This document shows positions 20,564 to 29,713 of a DNA stretch of 64,000 nucleotides, one piece after another. Under the pieces are notes generated by a model that was not told the origin of the DNA, made no database searches, and worked only from the letters and a program-made list of their open reading frames with translations. The stretch spans positions 23,612 through 87,611 of the forward strand of contig PNAP01000042.1 of the NCBI GenBank assembly GCA_003169735.1, given 5' to 3'. The translations under genes were made by a program, and so were the position numbers. Each line of letters starts with the position of its first letter. Position 1 is the first letter of the stretch. Origin of the DNA: Chloroflexota bacterium (GTDB lineage: Bacteria > Chloroflexota > Limnocylindria > Limnocylindrales > CSP1-4).

Positions 20564-21370
20564 GTGTCCTCTCACCGCGTGCCCGCCCTCTCCTACTTCT
20601 TCCCCGCCCACAACGAGGCCGACAACCTCGACCCGCTGGTGGCCGAGGCGCTCGAGGCGCTGCCGCAGCTGGCCGACCGCTTCGAGATCATCTGCGTCGA
20701 TGACGGCAGCCGTGATGGCACCGCCGAGATGGCGGACCGCTTGGCGGCCGAGCACCCCGACGTCGTGCGCGTCGTCCACCACGCCACCAACCGGGGGTAC
20801 GGCGGGGCGTTGCGCAGCGGGTTCGGGGCAGCGCGCTTCGACCTCGTCGCGTTCACCGACGGCGATCGCCAGTTCCGCGTGGCCGATCTCGGCCGCCTGC
20901 TGGACGCGATGGCCACGCCGCTGAGCGCCGGTACCTCGGGCACCTTGTCCGCGTCGGATGTCGTGGTCGGCTATCGGCTGAAGCGCGCCGATCCGCCCGT
21001 CCGACTGGCCTATGCGCGGGTCTATCGTGCCTGCCTGCGACTCTTCTTCGGTCTGCGGCTGCGCGACGTGGATTGCGCATGCAAACTCTTCCGGCGCTCG
21101 GCGTTGACCGACATCCGCGTGGCGTCATCGGGGGCGTTCCTCTCCGCCGAGCTGCTGATCAAGCTCAAGGAGTCGGGCGCGGCGATCAGCGAGGTCGGCG
21201 TGCCGCACTATCCGCGCACGGCTGGGCGAGCATCGGGCGCGGACCCACGCGTCGTGGCGACCGCAGTGCGCGACTTCTGGGTGCTCCGGCTGCGCCTGTG
21301 GGCGAACCGCCGGACGGCGATGCGCCGCGGCGAGCCGGTCCTCGCCGTGGCATCGACCGGTCCGGCCTGA
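20564..21370 (+). CDS. GT2 glycosyltransferase, polyprenol-phosphate mannose synthase-like
   Basis: PAHNEADN, VDDGSRDGT, NRGYGGAL, FTDGDRQF, DVDCACKLFRR. Confidence 0.85.
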   Translation: MSSHRVPALSYFFPAHNEADNLDPLVAEALEALPQLADRFEIICVDDGSRDGTAEMADRLAAEHPDVVRVVHHATNRGYGGALRSGFGAARFDLVAFTDGDRQFRVADLGRLLDAMATPLSAGTSGTLSASDVVVGYRLKRADPPVRLAYARVYRACLRLFFGLRLRDVDCACKLFRRSALTDIRVASSGAFLSAELLIKLKESGAAISEVGVPHYPRTAGRASGADPRVVATAVRDFWVLRLRLWANRRTAMRRGEPVLAVASTGPA

Positions 21371-21387
21371 TCGACCCCCGGCGTGGC

Positions 21388-21894
21388 CTACACGGGCTCG
21401 CCGTCCTCCGGCGGCGGACTGACGTCGTGGTCGAGCGAGTTGACGAACTCGCGGAAGACCGAGAGCTTCTCGTCCTCGTCGATCTCCGGCACCACGCCGG
21501 CACGCTCGAGGACCGCGTCGGTCGCGTAGATCGGGACGGACGCCCGGATGGCGAGCGCGATGGCGTCACTCGGTCGAGCGTCGATCTCCTTGACCTGGCC
21601 ATCCAACTCCAGCACCAGCCGGGCGCGGAACGTTTCGTCGGCGAGGTCACTGACGACGACGCGCTTGACGACGACGCCCAGCCGTTCGAGCGTCTGAGCG
21701 AACAGGTCGTGGGTGAGCGGGCGCTCGGGCGAGACGCCCTGGAGTTTCATGGCGATGGCGTTGGCTTCCCACGGACCGATCCAGATGGGCAGGTAGCGGT
21801 CGCGTTCAGCTTCCTTGAGGATGACCACGTGCTGCGACGAGAGCATGTGCACGCGGACGCTCTCGACGACCATCTCGGTGAAGCCGACCGCCAT
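21388..21894 (-). CDS. Bifunctional nuclease family protein (DUF151)
   Basis: LPIWIGPWEANAI, RPLTHDL, DARPSDAIALA. Confidence 0.9.
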   Translation of the reverse strand: MAVGFTEMVVESVRVHMLSSQHVVILKEAERDRYLPIWIGPWEANAIAMKLQGVSPERPLTHDLFAQTLERLGVVVKRVVVSDLADETFRARLVLELDGQVKEIDARPSDAIALAIRASVPIYATDAVLERAGVVPEIDEDEKLSVFREFVNSLDHDVSPPPEDGEPV

Positions 21895-21920
21895 GTCCCG
21901 ATTCTAGCCCCGGGCTGTGC

Positions 21921-24272
21921 TCACGGCGTGGACGATGGCGCGGGCGTCACACAGCCCGGCGGCTTGCCGTTCGGTCGACAGGTCGGAGCCGCGGACGAGG
22001 CGCTCGGCGAGGGGCTGACCGTCACGCTCGGCGTCGGCGTCGGCGCGGGCGCGACGGGCGCATCCACAAGCTGGGCGCTCATCAGCGCGTTGCCGGTGAC
22101 CCAGTAGACGGTCGGGGCGCCACCCGATGGGGTCGCCGAGCCCGACGGGGACACGGATCCGGCCGGCGAGGGCGTCGCCGTCGCCCCGGGTGCGACCGTC
22201 GGCTCGACCACGTACATGCCACGCAGGTCGGTCATGTCGGGCGACCCCGGCGCGGGAAGCCACTGGTCGACGTAGGACCCGTCGGACTTGTTGAAGACCA
22301 GCAACCGACCGTAGGTCTTGTCCCAGACATAGAGTCGGCCACTGCCCGGGGCGCCGGTGCCGTCAAAGAGTGCGTAGGCGTGGCCCACGCGCAGATCGCC
22401 GTCGTCGGGCGGGACGGCCAGTGTCCAGCCCTGGAGGACGCTGCCGAGATGGTTGTTGATCACGGTGTCGGTGGTCAGCGCATAGATGTTGCCATCGACG
22501 GAGATCCCCAGGAAGTTCGCCACGTCGGCGTTCGGAGCCAGGAAGAAGTCTGTCGGTGGCGAGAAGCCACCGCCATCACCGGTAGGCGGATAGCGGAGGA
22601 TCTGCTGCTGGGTCGGGTCGGGGACATACAGGTTGTACTGGCTGCTGTCCGTGGAGCCTGTCCCGGCGAACGTCGCGATGTCCGGCGAATCCGTCCCCCA
22701 CGGAGCGGTGACCGTCAGCGCCCCGAGCGTGCCGCCACCCGACTGGTCCGAGGGCCGCCACCGCCACAGCTTGTTCGAGATGTCATAGATGAGCAGGTCG
22801 GGACCGCCGACGCCGAGCATCATCGGCGTCGTGATGAACTGGCTGCCTCCGTCGCCGGCCTTGACCACGACGACGGACGCGCCCGTCTTCGGGTCGATGC
22901 GCACGACGTTCTTGGCCCCCCGTTCATCGACGTAGGCCGCACCGTCGGGACCCTGCACCAGGTCCACCGGATCGGGCGAAGCGTTCGTGCTACTTGTCAG
23001 TTGCGCGACCATCGTCGTCGCCATGAAGTGCGTGCCGTAGACCGCGTCGAGGTCGGTCGAGATCCGGGCACGAAGCGACGTGACCTCGGCGGGTGGGAAA
23101 CTGGGCGTCGCTGCCGCGCGCGCCAGGTCCTGCCACGCCTTCTGGAGCTCCTGCTTGGCCTTGGTCGGGTTGGTCGAGACGAGGTCGTTCTGGTCAACGT
23201 CGTCCACGCCCGCCTTGGCGTCGCTGTAGGCCGCCTCGCCCTGGGTGACGGGCGTCACGTGATCCTCGTGGAACTGTGGGATGAGCGCGTATCCGACGCC
23301 GGACAGGAAGATGATGCCCAGAAAGGCGAGCAGGGCGATGGCCGCCCGGCGCTGCGATTCTCGACGCGAGACACGTGGACTGATGCGGCGGTACTGCGAG
23401 CGCCGCCCCGGGATGAGATCGGCCAGCCGATCGGTCATGCCGCCGACCGCGTTTCCGACCGCGTGGCGCGCCCCGCCGGCCCGGCTGCCGACCGCGGCGA
23501 TGGCCGCTCGACTCCCGGTGGCAGGCACCAGGTCCGGATCCGGCTCCGGTGCCTCGGGCATCGCCACCGGCACGAGGCGATGAGCGTTGCGCGGGGCGCC
23601 GACCTCGCTCGCCTCGATGGCCAGGACGGCATCGGAGCCCTCACCGCCGGCGGCCACGAACAGGTGGTGGAGATGCTCCACGGCCGACTGTGGGTGGAGC
23701 GTCACGACCGCGTTCTTGAGCTCCTCGGTGCCGACGACCTCGGTCAGGTCGCGCGACACGAGGAGGAGCGAGTCGCCGACCGCGAACTCTCCCCGCCAGA
23801 CGTCCAGGCGGATGCCGTCCGTCGTTGGCAGGCCGGGTCCCGAGTGCACTTCGGGCATCAGCAACCGAGCGGCACGTACCAGGTACGCCTCGGCCGGGCC
23901 GGTCGTGGCGACATACAACTCCGTGCCGCGGATGATGGCCAGCGCGACGCCGACCGATCCCGGCTCCACGCCGTGGCCTTCGCGGCCGCTCTTGAGGCGC
24001 TTCTCCGCGCTCCGGAACGCCTTCTCGAGGCAGATCGGGATGCCCGCCGATTCGTCGTAGTAATACTCGCGCCGGATGGTGTCGGCGACCAGCGCTGTCG
24101 CATCGCGCGCTCGACCACCCGTCGTCGATGCGCTGACGATCAGGTAGAGGTTGCCCTTGGTGCGCGACTTGGATCCGGTCGCCGGCTCCGTGACAGAGAG
24201 GCTGTCGGACGAAGAGGAGAGCCGATCATGCTCGGCGACCAAGCCGTACTTGAGGTTGAGGCGGGTCGACAT
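21921..24272 (-). CDS. Membrane protein: degenerate PP2C-like cytoplasmic domain, TM helix, extracellular beta-propeller-like domain
   Basis: GNLYLIVS, ELYVATTGPAEAYLVR and GDSLLLVSRDL resemble the PP2C fold; central TM; repeated beta-rich units; PST tail. Confidence 0.6.
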   Translation of the reverse strand: MSTRLNLKYGLVAEHDRLSSSSDSLSVTEPATGSKSRTKGNLYLIVSASTTGGRARDATALVADTIRREYYYDESAGIPICLEKAFRSAEKRLKSGREGHGVEPGSVGVALAIIRGTELYVATTGPAEAYLVRAARLLMPEVHSGPGLPTTDGIRLDVWRGEFAVGDSLLLVSRDLTEVVGTEELKNAVVTLHPQSAVEHLHHLFVAAGGEGSDAVLAIEASEVGAPRNAHRLVPVAMPEAPEPDPDLVPATGSRAAIAAVGSRAGGARHAVGNAVGGMTDRLADLIPGRRSQYRRISPRVSRRESQRRAAIALLAFLGIIFLSGVGYALIPQFHEDHVTPVTQGEAAYSDAKAGVDDVDQNDLVSTNPTKAKQELQKAWQDLARAAATPSFPPAEVTSLRARISTDLDAVYGTHFMATTMVAQLTSSTNASPDPVDLVQGPDGAAYVDERGAKNVVRIDPKTGASVVVVKAGDGGSQFITTPMMLGVGGPDLLIYDISNKLWRWRPSDQSGGGTLGALTVTAPWGTDSPDIATFAGTGSTDSSQYNLYVPDPTQQQILRYPPTGDGGGFSPPTDFFLAPNADVANFLGISVDGNIYALTTDTVINNHLGSVLQGWTLAVPPDDGDLRVGHAYALFDGTGAPGSGRLYVWDKTYGRLLVFNKSDGSYVDQWLPAPGSPDMTDLRGMYVVEPTVAPGATATPSPAGSVSPSGSATPSGGAPTVYWVTGNALMSAQLVDAPVAPAPTPTPSVTVSPSPSASSAAPTCRPNGKPPGCVTPAPSSTP

Positions 24273-24291
24273 CGGCTGCCGAGTCTACACG

Positions 24292-24618
24292 TCAGCGCGG
24301 TCGGACCGTGATGCGCAGCTCCAGCAGGCGCGAGCCGCCGGGAGCGGCGGCGAACTGGCTCAGCAGCTGGTCAGAACGAAGCCGCAACTCCTGCGCGACG
24401 ATCGGACTGGCGGCGCTGACGAGGAGCGCCGGGGGGCGGATGGCGATCAGCCTCGAGGCGCCGGCCGCCGCCGGGACGTGCTCGGCCACCAGGTGCTCCC
24501 AGCTGCTCATGGCCCGCGCCAGGCGAAGTTCCTCGTCGAGGCCGAATTCGGCGGCGATGGTCGGCAGGACCTCGGAAAGGCGGCGCATCGGCCGCTTGCG
24601 ATCGTTGGTGGCCATCAA
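24292..24618 (-). CDS. dciA: DUF721/DciA-family protein
   Basis: WEHLVAEHV..LLVSAASPIVAQELRL; canonical position after recF. Confidence 0.75.
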   Translation of the reverse strand: MMATNDRKRPMRRLSEVLPTIAAEFGLDEELRLARAMSSWEHLVAEHVPAAAGASRLIAIRPPALLVSAASPIVAQELRLRSDQLLSQFAAAPGGSRLLELRITVRPR

Positions 24619-25736
24619 CCGACCCGCTCCAGGCGGCCCGGCTCGACGCGCCAGGCGGTCGAGGCCGCCACGAGGCGGGGATCGAGATCGTCGAGCGTGG
24701 TGGTGCTGATGAAGGCTTGTGGCAACTCACCGATACGACGGACGAGATGGGCTCGCCGCTCCGGGTCGAGCTCACTGAACACGTCGTCGAGCAGGAGCAA
24801 CGGCGGGCGGCCATCGCGCCGCGCCAACAGGTCGAGCTGGGCGAGCTTGAGCGCCAGGATCGCCGTGCGCTGCTGGCCCCGAGACGCGAAGCCGGCCAGG
24901 TCGCGTCCATCGAGTTCGAAGGCCAGGTCGTCGCGGTGCGGCCCGACCAGCGTCGTACCGTTCCAGAGTTCCTTCTCCGACGTGTCGGCCAGCCGCCGGC
25001 GCAGCGCCGCGGCCGGATCCTCGCCATGAGCCATCGGCGCATTGGTGACATACCGCAGGGTCAGTCGTCCCTCGCCGGGCGCGATCTCAGCGTGAGCCGC
25101 GCCGAGCGGATCGGCCAACGCCTCGAGCGCGGCGAGCCGCCACGCCACGATCCGACCGCCCTCGGTGACGATGGTGTCGTCCCAGTAGGGCAGCTCGTCC
25201 GGTCGTGCCTGTCCCTCGCGGATGCGACGCAGCAGGTTGTTGCGTTGCTGGAGCGCGCGTGCGTAGGTGGCAAGCCGCGCCGCTGCCTCGGGCTCGCGCT
25301 GCGCGACGAGCGTGTCGAGGACCGTCCGGCGGAGTGACGGCGAGCCGACCACCAACAGCATGTCCTCGGGCGCGAAGAGCACGGCGCGCAGTGCCTCGAA
25401 GAGCGCGGTCGGGCGGCGCGGCACGCCATTGACCCGGACCCGCTTGCGCGATGCCGCAGAACCGGGCCTGGCGAGCACCACCTCGACGACATCGTCGCCC
25501 CGTTCGGCACTCGATACCGTCGCCTCGAGGCGCGCGAAGTCCGACCCCCAGGCGATCAGGTCGAGGTCGGCGATGGTGCGATGGGAGTGCCCGGCGGAGA
25601 GCACCACGATGGCCTCGAGCAGGTTCGTCTTGCCCGCCGCGTTCCGCCCCACGATGATCTGCGGGCCGGCCGGGAAGGAGACATCGAGCTCGACGTAGCT
25701 CCGGAAGCCGACCAGGGTCAGCCGTTCGACGCGCAC
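24615..25736 (-). CDS. recF: DNA replication/repair protein RecF
   Basis: GFRSY, GRNAAGKTNLLEAI, GPHRDDL, SRGQQR, LLLDDVFSELD. Confidence 0.97.
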   Translation of the reverse strand: MRVERLTLVGFRSYVELDVSFPAGPQIIVGRNAAGKTNLLEAIVVLSAGHSHRTIADLDLIAWGSDFARLEATVSSAERGDDVVEVVLARPGSAASRKRVRVNGVPRRPTALFEALRAVLFAPEDMLLVVGSPSLRRTVLDTLVAQREPEAAARLATYARALQQRNNLLRRIREGQARPDELPYWDDTIVTEGGRIVAWRLAALEALADPLGAAHAEIAPGEGRLTLRYVTNAPMAHGEDPAAALRRRLADTSEKELWNGTTLVGPHRDDLAFELDGRDLAGFASRGQQRTAILALKLAQLDLLARRDGRPPLLLLDDVFSELDPERRAHLVRRIGELPQAFISTTTLDDLDPRLVAASTAWRVEPGRLERVG

Positions 25737-25763
25737 GGTTCGAACCGGCGCCAGGATCCGGGC

Positions 25764-26879
25764 TTAGGACGGCGTGCGGACGGGCATGATGACGTGGACG
25801 TAGTCCGGATCGTCCATCGGCTTGATCACGCCAGGCGAGAGCGGCCCCGAGAACTCGAGTGCCAGCTGGTCGGCATCGATGTTCTGGAGCGCCTCGGTCA
25901 GGTAGCGTGCGTTGAACGCGATGGTGACCGCGTCGCCCTCGATGGCCGCCTCCACCTCGCCCTCGGCGTCACCGACATCCGCGGCGGCGGCGATGGTGAT
26001 GCCCGCGCTGCCATCCTCTCCGAGGCGCAACCGGATGACGTTGGCAGCGGAACTGGCGATGAGCCCAGACAGGCGGACCGCTTTGAGCAAATCCTCGCGA
26101 TCGACCACCGCGCGGCTGGCGTGCGACCCGGGCAGGACCTGCTGGTAGTTCGGGAATTGCCCATCGATGAGTCGGCTGACGAGCTCCGTGCCCTCGACAT
26201 GGAAGAGCACCTGGCTCTTGGAGCTGGCGAGCATGATCTCGACCGGGTCGTCGGTGTCACCGAGGATGCGCATCAGTTCCTGGTACGAACGGGCGGGCAC
26301 GACCAGCGTCGTCTCCTCGACCGCGTCGAGGATGGGCAGGCTCTTGACCGCGATGCGGTAGTTGTCGGCCGCGGCGAGGGTCAGCCGGTCACCCACGAAC
26401 CTGGTGAGGACGCCGGTCAGGATGGGCCGCGCTTCCTCCGTGGCGGCCGCGAACGCCACTTCGGAGAGCGCCTGGCGCATCAGCTTCTGCGAGACGCGCG
26501 TGGTCGGCCGGTCGCCGGCAGCCGGGATGACCGGGAATTCCTCGGCGTCGATGCCTCGCAGGTGCGTCTGGTAGCGGCCGGCCTTGATGAACAGGGTCGT
26601 GCCATCGACCTCCAGGTCGACGCGCTCACCGGCGGGCAGGCCGCTCACGACGTCGGTGATGAGGCGGGCCGGCACGGTCAGGGCACCGTCCGTGTCGATC
26701 TTGCCCGGCACCCACGACGTGATGCCGATCTCGAGGTTCGTGGCGGTCAGCTTCAGGCCGGCATCCTCGGTCCGGAGGAGGACGTTGGCGAGGACCGGAA
26801 GGGTGCTTCGCGTGCTGACGGCGCGACTCACGACCCCGAGGCCGCGAGCCAGGTTCTCCTGCATGACCGATAGCTTCAC
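25764..26879 (-). CDS. dnaN: DNA polymerase III beta clamp
   Basis: GTG start MKLSVMQENL, LTATNLE, SRLIDGQFPNY, IAFNARYL, VIMPVR. Confidence 0.97.
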   Translation of the reverse strand: MKLSVMQENLARGLGVVSRAVSTRSTLPVLANVLLRTEDAGLKLTATNLEIGITSWVPGKIDTDGALTVPARLITDVVSGLPAGERVDLEVDGTTLFIKAGRYQTHLRGIDAEEFPVIPAAGDRPTTRVSQKLMRQALSEVAFAAATEEARPILTGVLTRFVGDRLTLAAADNYRIAVKSLPILDAVEETTLVVPARSYQELMRILGDTDDPVEIMLASSKSQVLFHVEGTELVSRLIDGQFPNYQQVLPGSHASRAVVDREDLLKAVRLSGLIASSAANVIRLRLGEDGSAGITIAAAADVGDAEGEVEAAIEGDAVTIAFNARYLTEALQNIDADQLALEFSGPLSPGVIKPMDDPDYVHVIMPVRTPS

Positions 26880-26899
26880 GTTGGTTGTGCTCCCTCGGC

Positions 26900-27190
26900 T
26901 GCGTGGGCGCTGGCGGTCCGTCCACAGATCGGGCGCGTGGTGGTTCTCGAGAGATAAGTATCTTCGATACTCGTCACCATCATCATGGTGTTGATGGTGG
27001 GGATGATGCACCCCTCGTCACGCTCACGTCGCGCTCTGGCGACGGCATCGCGACGGTGGACGACCGAACCGCCAGCGGGGACACGCGGTGGATGCCGGAG
27101 CCGTCGGTGTGGATGGAGCGGTGGCGGTGGTCCGCATCGTGCACCCTCCGTCCACCGGCCGTACCCGACCGCCGTAGTCGGCACGACGAC
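26900..27190. other. Candidate replication origin (oriC) in the dnaA-dnaN spacer
   Basis: Degenerate DnaA boxes (CCGTCCACA 26918-26926; GTGGAC/GTGGAT near 27056, 27088, 27109; CCGTCCACC 27148-27156), an AT-richer patch at 26950-26970 and CAT/GAT trinucleotide runs at 26976-27008. Confidence 0.55.
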
Positions 27191-27193
27191 GCG

Positions 27194-28546
27194 TCAGTCG
27201 GCGTAGATGAGTTCCCGGACGGCCGCCAGCTCACGCCGCAACTCCTCGTTCTCGCGGCTGGCACGCTCGATCTTGTCGCACGCGTGGAGGACCGTCGAGT
27301 GGTCGCGGTTGCCGAGTTCGGCGCCGATGCGCAACAGGGACACGTCCGTCTCAGCGCGCATCAGGAACATCGCGATCTGGCGCGGCGTGACGATGTTCCG
27401 GTCGCGCTTCTGGCCCTTGAGCGCGTCGAGATCGACGCCGTAGTACTCGGACACGGCCTGCGCGATGCGTTCCGGCGTCACCGCGCGCCGCTTGGGCTGG
27501 TACAGGACGTTCGATAGCACCGCCGCCGCCAGTTCGGTGGTGATCGGCATGCCGCTCATGTTCGCGTAGGCGACGACGCGGATGAGCGCGCCCTCGAGTT
27601 CGCGGATGTTGCTGGCCACCTTTCGGGCGACGAATTCGAGCGCCTCCCCCGAGATCGGCACGCTCTGTTCCTCGGCCTTGGCGCGCAAGATGGCGATACG
27701 CGTCTCGAGGTCGGGTGCGGTCAGGTCGGCGATGAGTCCCCACTCGAAGCGGCTGCGGAGCCGCTCCTCGAGCGTGACGATGCCCTTGGGCGGCCGATCG
27801 CTCGAGAGCACGATCTGCTTCCCGTCCTCGTGGATGGCGTTGAACGTGTGGAAGAACTCTTCCTGCGTCCGTTCCTTGTCGGCGATGAACTGGATGTCAT
27901 CGATGAGCAGCAGGTCGATGCGTCGATAGCGGTTGCGGAACTCGTCGATCTTGCCCTGCTGGATGCTGGTGATGAACTCGTTGGTGAACTTCTCGCTGGT
28001 CGCGTAGACGACCTTCTTCCGCGGGAACCGCGCGATGACCTGGTTGCCGATGGCGTGCATCAGGTGGGTCTTGCCGAGGCCGACGCCGCCATACAGGAAG
28101 AGCGGGTTGTAGGCATGGCCAGGACGCTCGGCGACCGAGAGGCTCGCGGCGTGGGCGAGCCGATTGGCCGAACCGACGATGAAGCTCCGGAAGGTGTAGC
28201 GCGGGTTGAGGGTGGGCGCCGCGCCGTCACCGCCGACCCGACCAGGTTCGAGGCGGACCGGCGCCGGCGGTGCGGCGTTGTCGGGAGCCGCGGCTGCCAA
28301 GCCGTCGCGTACCTCGAAGTCGACGTTGACGCTGTAGCCGACGATGCGGGCGAGCGTCTGGCAGATCAGTGAGCGGTAGCGGCTCTCCAGCCAATCCTTG
28401 GCGAAACCGTTGGGGACCGCGACGCGGAAGCGGCTGTCATCGACCGACACCAGCGCCGTATCCTTGAGCCAGGTCTCGAAGTTGGCAGGGGAAAGAGAGA
28501 CCTGAAGCTCACCCAGGGCAGCGCGCCAAACCTGCTTCGCGTCCAT
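27194..28546 (-). CDS. dnaA: Chromosomal replication initiator DnaA
   Basis: LNPRYTF, YNPLFLYGGVGLGKTHL, LLIDDIQF, RLRSRFEWGL, RDHSTVLHA. Confidence 0.98.
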   Translation of the reverse strand: MDAKQVWRAALGELQVSLSPANFETWLKDTALVSVDDSRFRVAVPNGFAKDWLESRYRSLICQTLARIVGYSVNVDFEVRDGLAAAAPDNAAPPAPVRLEPGRVGGDGAAPTLNPRYTFRSFIVGSANRLAHAASLSVAERPGHAYNPLFLYGGVGLGKTHLMHAIGNQVIARFPRKKVVYATSEKFTNEFITSIQQGKIDEFRNRYRRIDLLLIDDIQFIADKERTQEEFFHTFNAIHEDGKQIVLSSDRPPKGIVTLEERLRSRFEWGLIADLTAPDLETRIAILRAKAEEQSVPISGEALEFVARKVASNIRELEGALIRVVAYANMSGMPITTELAAAVLSNVLYQPKRRAVTPERIAQAVSEYYGVDLDALKGQKRDRNIVTPRQIAMFLMRAETDVSLLRIGAELGNRDHSTVLHACDKIERASRENEELRRELAAVRELIYAD

Positions 28547-28693
28547 CGATGGCACAAGCCCCAGCTACAGGGATAGATCAGCGTCGCCGCTCGTTAACGG
28601 AGTCGGTGGCGAAGCCCGCGGAGGCTGGTCCGTGCCAGCCGGTTGGGCTCCGAATGGGCTCCCACCGGCACCCGTCGGGTACCGGGGCGGCAT

Positions 28694-28722
28694 ACGTTAG
28701 CGCGGTTCCGGGAAGCCCGCAA
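28694..28722 (-). promoter_or_regulatory. Putative dnaA promoter
   Basis: Minus strand TTGCGG, 17 nt, TAACGT, about 150 nt upstream of the start codon. Confidence 0.45.
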
Positions 28723-28993
28723 CGCCAAACGCGCATACTCTCCCGGAGTATCGGCGGCGAGGCTGTTGGGACGGCGCTCGGCCGCGCGCCGTAGTATCCT
28801 CGACCCGACCGTCCGGCATACGGGGATGGGCATCACGCCATCGGCTATACTCCGCCGGACGTGGCGCGCCACGGCGCACCCGCGCGAAAATCGGGCCGCG
28901 GGACCTGCGCCCGGCGCGTTTTGCTTCCCCCACATGCGGGACCTCCGGGCACCGATCCCGGGACCTCCTCACAGGAACCTCCGAGGCCCACCG

Positions 28994-29131
28994 ATGACCA
29001 AGCAAACGTATCAGCCGAAGAAGCGACATCGAGCCAAAGAACACGGCTTCCGGGCACGGATGAAGAGCCAGGGCGGTCGACGCGTCTTGGCTTCGCGTCG
29101 TGCCAAGGGCCGCCAGAAGCTCACGGCCTGA
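28994..29131 (+). CDS. rpmH: 50S ribosomal protein L34
   Basis: [45 protein letters not shown]. Confidence 0.97.
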   Translation: MTKQTYQPKKRHRAKEHGFRARMKSQGGRRVLASRRAKGRQKLTA

Positions 29132-29156
29132 GCCGGCCGCGTCCGGCGCTCGGCCG

Positions 29157-29510
29157 ATGGGCGAGCCGCTCGAGATGTTGCGCTCGACGAAGGATTTCGC
29201 GGCCCTGCAAGGCTCCAGCCGGAGTCGGGCACACCCGCTGCTGATCCTGCGCTGGCGCGACAACGGGCTCGGCCACGAACGGATCGGACTCTCCACCGGA
29301 CGTCGAGTCGGCAACGCCGTCGTCCGCAACCGGGTCCGGCGGCGGCTGCGCGAGGTGCTCCGCCAGAGCGTTCATCGGCCGCTCGGAGGGTGGGACCTCC
29401 TGGTGGTCGCCCGGCCGGCGAGCGCGGCGGCAAGCTACATCGAATTGAAGGCCGCGATGGAGCGGCTCCTGGACCGGTTGGTCAAGGACGAAGGGAGCAG
29501 ATCGACGTGA
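29157..29510 (+). CDS. rnpA: Ribonuclease P protein component
   Basis: [25 protein letters not shown] (RNR motif); follows rpmH. Confidence 0.95.
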   Translation: MGEPLEMLRSTKDFAALQGSSRSRAHPLLILRWRDNGLGHERIGLSTGRRVGNAVVRNRVRRRLREVLRQSVHRPLGGWDLLVVARPASAAASYIELKAAMERLLDRLVKDEGSRST

Positions 29511-29713
29511 AGCGGATCGGAGTGGGGATGATCCGGCTCTACCGGATCGTCTTCGCCTGGTTGCCGTCGTCGTGTCGGTTCGAGCCGTCGTGCTCTCGTT
29601 ACACGGAGCAGGCCATCATGCGCTACGGGCTCCTGCGCGGCAGCTGGATGGGGGCGCGCCGCATCGCGCGATGCCACCCCTGGAACCCGGGGGGCTACGA
29701 CCCTGTCCAGTAG
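29507..29713 (+). CDS. yidD: Membrane protein insertion efficiency factor YidD
   Basis: [26 protein letters not shown]; GTGA overlap with rnpA. Confidence 0.95.
   Translation: MKRIGVGMIRLYRIVFAWLPSSCRFEPSCSRYTEQAIMRYGLLRGSWMGARRIARCHPWNPGGYDPVQ

Noticed and set aside
26880-27011. His/Asp-rich N-terminal extension of DnaN in the ORF track
   Set aside because: It arises from the CAT/GAT repeats of the origin-like spacer; GTG 26879 with a GGGAG RBS matches normal DnaN starts.
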